Shown: positions 30,923 through 35,336 of the stretch, one piece after another
How positions within the stretch are numbered: the first letter of the stretch is position 1
Layout: each line of letters starts with the position of its first letter
Assembly: GCA_946543025.1 (NCBI GenBank)
Contig: CAMNLN010000001.1
Span: forward strand, 1 to 35,336
Source: an uncultured Verrucomicrobiota bacterium
Lineage (GTDB): Bacteria > Verrucomicrobiota > Kiritimatiellia > RFP12 > UBA1067
Length of the DNA: 35,336 nucleotides
Direction of reading: 5' to 3'
The notes under the pieces: generated by a model
What the model was told of the DNA's origin: nothing
What the model saw: the letters and a program-made list of their open reading frames with translations, nothing else
The model's database searches: none
Program-made: the position numbers and the translations under genes

Positions 30923-32907
30923 AAAGGATCCACTTCCAGGGAATAGGCGGCGTCGGCATGGCCGGCGTCGCTTTTCTTTTGAAGCGACGCGGCCACATGG
31001 TGACCGGCTGCGATAAATATGCCACGCCGCGTACCCGCTGGCTGGAACGGAACGACATCCCCGTCGCGGTCGGGCACTCCCCTTCCCACCTCGCCGGCAT
31101 CGACGAGCTTGTCGTCACGCCCGCCGTCCCGAAGGACGACCCCGAACTCGCCGCCGCGAAGGGTCTGTCCCCTCAGATCCGCATCCGCTACCGCGGAGAG
31201 GTCCTGGCGGAGATCGTGAACGCCTCCGACGGTATCGCCGTCTGCGGTACGCACGGCAAGACGACCACCGCCACGTTCACCGCCCGCCTGCTGAAGGCAC
31301 TGGGGACAGACCCTTCCTGGTGCATCGGCGGAGAGACCGGCGCGATGCCCGTCGCCAACGTGGGGACAGGCCCTTTCGTCGTCGAGGCGGACGAATCCGA
31401 CGGCACCTTGGCGCTCTACCGCGCGCATACGCTCGTCGTGACGAGCATGGACTATGACCATCCCGAGCACTTCAAGACCGTCGCCGAATATCGCGCCTGC
31501 TACGCCGCCGCCATGGACGCGGCGGAAGATGTGATCAAGGCGTGGGAACTCGACGCCGCCGACTGGCCCGAGCTCGACCGTCTCGTCGTCGGGCGGCACA
31601 ACGTGATGAACGCGCGCGCGGCCATCGAGGTGGCGCTTCGGCGCGGCTACTCCCGCGCCGCCATCGCCGCCGCCCTCCCGTCGGCTCTCGCCGAGCTCCC
31701 TGATCGTCGCTTCGAGCGCGTCTGGCCTCCGCGCGACGCGCAATCCTCAATCAATCTTCAATCCTCGATCGCGGTCTTCACCGACTACGCGCACCACCCC
31801 GCCGAGCTGAAGTGCGCGGTCGGCATGGCGACGGAACTGAAGCCCAAGCGACTCCGCGTCCTTTTCCAACCGCATCGCTACTCCCGCACGAAGGCACTCC
31901 TGAACGCGTTTCCCCCAGCTTTCGCCGAGGCGGACGAGGTGGTGCTGATACCGGTCTATCCTGCCTTCGAGGACCCCATCCCAGGCGGCGACATCGCCGA
32001 CCTCTACAAGTCTTTCCGAGAGGATTGCGCGCCCACGCGACCGCCAATCCTCGCCCGCAGCGCAACCGAAGCCTGGCGGCATGTCTTCCTTTCGGCCCAG
32101 CCGGGCGACCTGATCCTGCTCGCCGGCGCCGGCGACATCATCAACCTCGTTCCGCAAGTTCAACGCGATCTCGCGGTGCGGGACATTCGACAGCCGGTAT
32201 TCATGGAGCTTGCGCCCTATTCTTTCTTCCGTACCGGCGGCGTCACGCTTGGCGGCGGCGAACGCGTGATCGTCGGCATGGGCTCGAACACCTGGTTCAG
32301 CGACTGCACCAGCGACATTGAGATCGTCCGTGCGCCGACGGGCACGTCCGCCGCCCTTCCCGGCGCCTCCCTGCTCGCGACGCATCCGGACCTGGCGTTC
32401 ATGGCCGGCATCCCCGGCACGGTCGGCGGCTGGGCAAGGATGAACGCCGGCGCGTTCGGCGATTCTTTCGGCAACCACGTGGAATACGTGATCGCGGACG
32501 GCAAGAAGATTCCGCACGACGCATGCGGCTTCGGCTACCGAACGTCTGCCATCCAAGGGCTGATTACCGAAGTGGGATTGAAAGCCGCGATCCACGGCGC
32601 CCAGGACGAGAAAGCCGCCAAGGATTATCTCGCGCGGCGGAAGAAATTCCCGCCCCGCACCTGCGGCAGCGTGTTCAAGAACCCGTCGCCGGACACGCCC
32701 GCCGGCAAGCTGCTTGACGAGGCCGGAGCAAAGAGCCTGCGCGTGGGAGGGGCCTGCGTCTGGAGCGAACACGCGAACGTGATCGTAGCGGGCGAGGGTT
32801 GCACGTCCTCGGACATCCTTGCGCTTGCGCGCCTCATGGCGCGCGCGGTCTTTTTCCGTTCGGGCGTCCGCCTCGAACCCGAAATCCGCGGCCTCGAGGT
32901 CTGGTAG
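30919..32907 (+). CDS. murC-murB: Bifunctional MurC-MurB fusion (UDP-MurNAc--L-Ala ligase + UDP-N-acetylenolpyruvoylglucosamine reductase)
   Basis: GTG 30919 overlaps the VOC stop (GTGA). The N-terminal ~430 aa are MurC (IHFQGIGGVGMAGVA, GTHGKTTT, EADESDG, DYAHHPAE). The C-terminal ~235 aa are MurB (GMGSN, GIPGTVGGWARMNAGAFG, GYRTS, CGSVFKNP, AGKLLDEAGAKSLRVGGA, HANVIV). The track start at 30616 is an extension through the VOC gene in another frame. Confidence 0.88.
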   Translation: MKRIHFQGIGGVGMAGVAFLLKRRGHMVTGCDKYATPRTRWLERNDIPVAVGHSPSHLAGIDELVVTPAVPKDDPELAAAKGLSPQIRIRYRGEVLAEIVNASDGIAVCGTHGKTTTATFTARLLKALGTDPSWCIGGETGAMPVANVGTGPFVVEADESDGTLALYRAHTLVVTSMDYDHPEHFKTVAEYRACYAAAMDAAEDVIKAWELDAADWPELDRLVVGRHNVMNARAAIEVALRRGYSRAAIAAALPSALAELPDRRFERVWPPRDAQSSINLQSSIAVFTDYAHHPAELKCAVGMATELKPKRLRVLFQPHRYSRTKALLNAFPPAFAEADEVVLIPVYPAFEDPIPGGDIADLYKSFREDCAPTRPPILARSATEAWRHVFLSAQPGDLILLAGAGDIINLVPQVQRDLAVRDIRQPVFMELAPYSFFRTGGVTLGGGERVIVGMGSNTWFSDCTSDIEIVRAPTGTSAALPGASLLATHPDLAFMAGIPGTVGGWARMNAGAFGDSFGNHVEYVIADGKKIPHDACGFGYRTSAIQGLITEVGLKAAIHGAQDEKAAKDYLARRKKFPPRTCGSVFKNPSPDTPAGKLLDEAGAKSLRVGGACVWSEHANVIVAGEGCTSSDILALARLMARAVFFRSGVRLEPEIRGLEVW

Positions 32908-32910
32908 CCG

Positions 32911-35052
32911 TCAGTAGACGAACAGCATCTCGCGGTATTTCGGCAGAGGCCAGCGAGAGTCGTCCACTAGGTATTCGAGCGCGTCCACGGTCCGGCGAAG
33001 GTCGCCCATCGCCGCGATCAGCTCCTTCGTGCCGCCCTTGCCGAGCGCCTTGTCGAGCCGCTCGCACTTGACGTGCAGGTCGTCGAGCCCCGCGCCGAGC
33101 TTGAGGGAAAGCGCCTTGAGGCCCGTCACGCCAACCTTGAGTCCGTCCTTCTTCGCGATGGAGATGGCCGTCGCCAGCTTCGAGAACTCGTCCGCCACCA
33201 CGGGCCGGATCATCGAGCGCGCGATCTCGAGAGCCACGCCGCCCTCGATTCGTACGCGCCGCTCGTAGTCCTCGAGCGCGATCTCGTAGCGGCTGTCCAT
33301 CTCGTTCTTCGTGAGGACGCCGTACTTCTCGAAGAGCGCCTGGTTCGCGGGGTTCTTCAAAGTGGCGATCGCAGATACCGTGTCCGGCAGGTTCGGCAGT
33401 CCGCGCGCGGCGGCCTCCTTCTGCCACGCGGACGAGTAGCCGTCGCCTGCGAAGAGCACGCGCTTGTGGGCGCGGATGAGCCGTTGCAGAAGCTTCTGCA
33501 GGTTGGCGTTGAAGTCACCGGGCATCGCGTCCAGCTTGTCGGAGAGCGCGTCGAGCGACTCGGCGACGATCGTGTTGAGCACCATCTGGTTCTGGGCGCA
33601 GTTCTGGGAGGAACCCGGCGCGCGAAACTCGAACTTGTTGCCGGTGAACGCGAACGGGGAGGTGCGGTTGCGGTCGGTCGTGTCGCGCGGCAGCGGCGGC
33701 AGCGTGTCCACGCCGATCTTCAGCTTCGTGCGGCCGCGCGAGGCCCAGGAGGTCCCCGCCTCGATGGCTTTCATCACGGCGTTCAGCTCGTCGCCGAGGA
33801 AGATGGAGAGGATGGCGGGCGGCGCCTCGTTCGCGCCGAGGCGATGGTCGTTGCCGGCGCCGGCGGCGGACGCGCGCAGGAGGTCGGCGTGCAGGTCGAT
33901 CGCGCGGATGACGGCCAGCAGCACCGTGAGGAAGATCGCGTTCTCCTTCGGGTTCGTGCCCGGCTCCAGCAGGTTGCGCCCGCCGTAGGCGATGGACCAG
34001 TTGCAGTGCTTGCCGCTGCCGTTGACGCCGGCGAACGGCTTCTCGTGCAGCAGGCACTCCATGCCGTTGCGCTCCGCCGTGCGGCGCAGGACCTCCATGA
34101 TGAGCATGTTGTGGTCCACGGCGAGGTTGAGTTCCTCGAAGATCGGCGCGAGCTCGAACTGCGCGGGCGCGACCTCGTTGTGGCGCGTCTTCGCGGGAAT
34201 GCCGAGCTTCCACAGCTGCGTCTCCACCTCGGTCATGAACTTCAGGATGCGCGGACGGATCGCCCCGTAGTAATGGTCGTCCAGCTGCTGGTGCTTCGCC
34301 GGCGCCGCGCCGAACACGGTGCGGCCGGTCTGCAGCAGGTCGGGGCGTTGCAGGTAGAAGCCGCGGTCAATGAGGAAGTATTCCTGCTCCGCGCCGAGCG
34401 TCACGGAGACGTGCTCGTCCGGCTGGCCGAAGTGCGCCATCAGGCGCTTCAGGGCCTTCGTGAGGGCCTGGACGGAGCGCAGGAGAGGCGTCTTGGAGTC
34501 GAGCGCCTCGCCGGTGTAGGAGCAGAACGCCGTCGGGATGCAGAGCGTCGCGCCGTTCGCGTGCCGCTTGATGAAAGCCGGGCTCGTGGGATCCCACGCC
34601 GTGTAGCCGCGCGCCTCAAACGTCGAGCGCAGGCCGCCGGACGGGAAGGACGAGGCGTCCGCCTCGCCGCCGATGAGGTTCTTGCCGCTAAAGGCCTGGA
34701 TCGCGCGCGCGGGCCCGGTCGGCTCGATAAAGCTGTCGTGCTTCTCCGCCGTGCCGCCCGTGAGCGGCTGGAACCAGTGCGTGAAGTGCGTCGCCCCCTT
34801 CGAGAGCGCCCACTCCTTCATGGCGTGCGCCACGTCGGCGGCGATGGACGGGTCGAGCGGCTTGCCGTCGTTGACGGTGGCCAGCAGCTTGGTGGCGGCG
34901 GACTTCGGCAGGAAGGCGCGCATTTCCTTCTCGCCGAACACGTCCTCGCCGTATGTCGCGAGCGACGTGTCGGCCGGCAGGGTGGCCGGCGGCGCGTCGG
35001 GCGAGCGCTCGGCGATCGCGTTAAGGACGTGGATGCGGTTGTTCTTGCTCAT
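32911..35052 (-). CDS. glnN: Type III glutamine synthetase (GlnN)
   Basis: 713 aa from ATG 35050-35052 (the track start at 35058 is GTG). GSIII-length protein with ...HFTHWFQPLTGGTAEKHDSF..., ...GSGKHCNWS..., NRTSPFAFTGNKFEFRAPGSS. Confidence 0.9.
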   Translation of the reverse strand: MSKNNRIHVLNAIAERSPDAPPATLPADTSLATYGEDVFGEKEMRAFLPKSAATKLLATVNDGKPLDPSIAADVAHAMKEWALSKGATHFTHWFQPLTGGTAEKHDSFIEPTGPARAIQAFSGKNLIGGEADASSFPSGGLRSTFEARGYTAWDPTSPAFIKRHANGATLCIPTAFCSYTGEALDSKTPLLRSVQALTKALKRLMAHFGQPDEHVSVTLGAEQEYFLIDRGFYLQRPDLLQTGRTVFGAAPAKHQQLDDHYYGAIRPRILKFMTEVETQLWKLGIPAKTRHNEVAPAQFELAPIFEELNLAVDHNMLIMEVLRRTAERNGMECLLHEKPFAGVNGSGKHCNWSIAYGGRNLLEPGTNPKENAIFLTVLLAVIRAIDLHADLLRASAAGAGNDHRLGANEAPPAILSIFLGDELNAVMKAIEAGTSWASRGRTKLKIGVDTLPPLPRDTTDRNRTSPFAFTGNKFEFRAPGSSQNCAQNQMVLNTIVAESLDALSDKLDAMPGDFNANLQKLLQRLIRAHKRVLFAGDGYSSAWQKEAAARGLPNLPDTVSAIATLKNPANQALFEKYGVLTKNEMDSRYEIALEDYERRVRIEGGVALEIARSMIRPVVADEFSKLATAISIAKKDGLKVGVTGLKALSLKLGAGLDDLHVKCERLDKALGKGGTKELIAAMGDLRRTVDALEYLVDDSRWPLPKYREMLFVY

Positions 35053-35059
35053 GCGCACT

Positions 35060-35068
35060 AGTATACCA
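35060..35068 (-). promoter_or_regulatory. Extended -10 element 7 nt upstream of the glnN ATG (leaderless candidate)
   Basis: Minus strand reads TGgTATACT-agtgcgc-ATG. No SD and no convincing -35. Confidence 0.4.
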
Positions 35069-35153
35069 TATTTCCTTGCCGTCGCCTTCCCCTCGCATCC
35101 TCCCCAGGAAAGGGCATGCCGCTTTTAACCGATTTCCTTCCTCCCCGCCCATC

Positions 35154-35182
35154 TTGCGCCTGTCGGCGCGATGGGGTATAAT
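35154..35182 (+). promoter_or_regulatory. Near-consensus sigma70 promoter firing rightwards, divergent from glnN
   Basis: TTGCGC (35154-35159), a 17-nt spacer, then TATAAT (35177-35182). Confidence 0.55.
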
Positions 35183-35188
35183 TCCGCC

Positions 35189-35336
35189 GTTCCTTCGCAA
35201 GGGGAACATGGTTCCTTGACATACCGGCGGGCACCCAGCCGCCGGACCGGTCGCCACATCGGTAGGGTCACGCTGGCGCGATGGCCGCCCTCCGACGGAG
35301 AGCGACAGAACACTGCCGCGCGCACGGGTGTGCGCC
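35189..35336 (+). other. Hairpin-dense non-coding transcript start (structured 5' leader, riboswitch or sRNA; truncated by window end)
   Basis: No credible ORF on either strand. Competing GTTCC/GGAAC/GTTCC pairings (about 35191-35216), a 7-bp stem CCGGCGG-N8-CCGCCGG (about 35229-35250), and further stems GCCAcATCG...CGATGGC, CTCC-gac-GGAG and GCGCAC-gggt-GTGCGC. Confidence 0.3.

Noticed and set aside
33073-35061. 662-aa plus-strand ORF
   Set aside because: Mirror frame of glnN, and the glnN frame carries unmistakable GSIII sequence.
35069-35153. Glutamine riboswitch (glnA RNA) or sigma-54/NtrC promoter upstream of glnN
   Set aside because: The purine-rich minus-strand stretch (GGGGAGGAAGGAAAUCGG) and the AAGGGGAAC segments lack the conserved GGACGGAAGUAGG core as I remember it. 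The GGCAT-N5-TTCC element has C instead of the critical G of the -12 GC. The extended -10 only 7 nt from the ATG argues for a leaderless glnN.
35189-35336. tRNA, SRP RNA, RNase P RNA or tmRNA at the right edge
   Set aside because: No T-loop GGTTCGAATCC. No SRP GGAAGCAGCC motif with a GNRA loop. No RNase P GAGGAAAGTCCGGGC (only a loose resemblance on the minus strand). No tmRNA 5' GGGGCUGAUU. Kept only as an unassigned structured RNA candidate.
1-35336. Mobile elements, integrases, toxin-antitoxin pairs, restriction-modification or other defence islands
   Set aside because: No transposase, integrase or recombinase-like ORF, no inverted terminal repeats, and no tRNA-flanked junction. No small paired ORFs are left unexplained after annotation.

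Overview
GC-rich bacterial chromosomal window with 26 protein-coding genes in about eight transcription units. I found no rRNA, tRNA, CRISPR array, transposase or integrase. The gene content suggests a PVC-group organism (Kiritimatiellota/Verrucomicrobiota/Lentisphaerota), by inference only: MurC-MurB fusion, type III glutamine synthetase, Tat-exported FAD_oxidored-type protein, and giant secreted enzymes padded with LamG/Ig-like modules. Left half (1-18.0 kb, almost all minus strand) is an accessory, polysaccharide-utilisation-like region. It encodes a 1560-aa SGNH esterase with four copies of an unassigned ~210-225-aa module, an MFS sugar importer, a Tat metallophosphoesterase, a Tat FAD oxidoreductase, RdgB, a GH2 beta-mannosidase-like enzyme, a secreted GDPD, an M20 peptidase, and a 1313-aa GDPD fused to three LamG+beta-sandwich modules. 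I read this as a candidate system for stripping acetyl and glycerol-phosphate decorations from a glycan or teichoic-acid-like polymer. A small divergent gene encodes a signal-peptide protein with three C-x9-C-x10-C-x2-H (WRC-like) repeats. Middle: an orphan thiS-thiF pair, then a tightly packed nine-gene minus-strand operon (GH88-DUF4861, TPR, LolA-like, two CNNM/DUF21-CBS paralogues, AsmA/DUF748-like, MurC paralogue, CxxC-less thioredoxin-fold protein, divergent LpxC). Right: CPBP protease, yebC-VOC-murC/murB operon, glnN, and at the right edge a near-consensus promoter firing into a hairpin-dense non-coding stretch. Promoters of a recurrent TTGnnn-17-TGnTAnnnT type can be read upstream of most units, and three genes look leaderless. 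Most long antisense ORFs in the supplied track are GC-driven artefacts.
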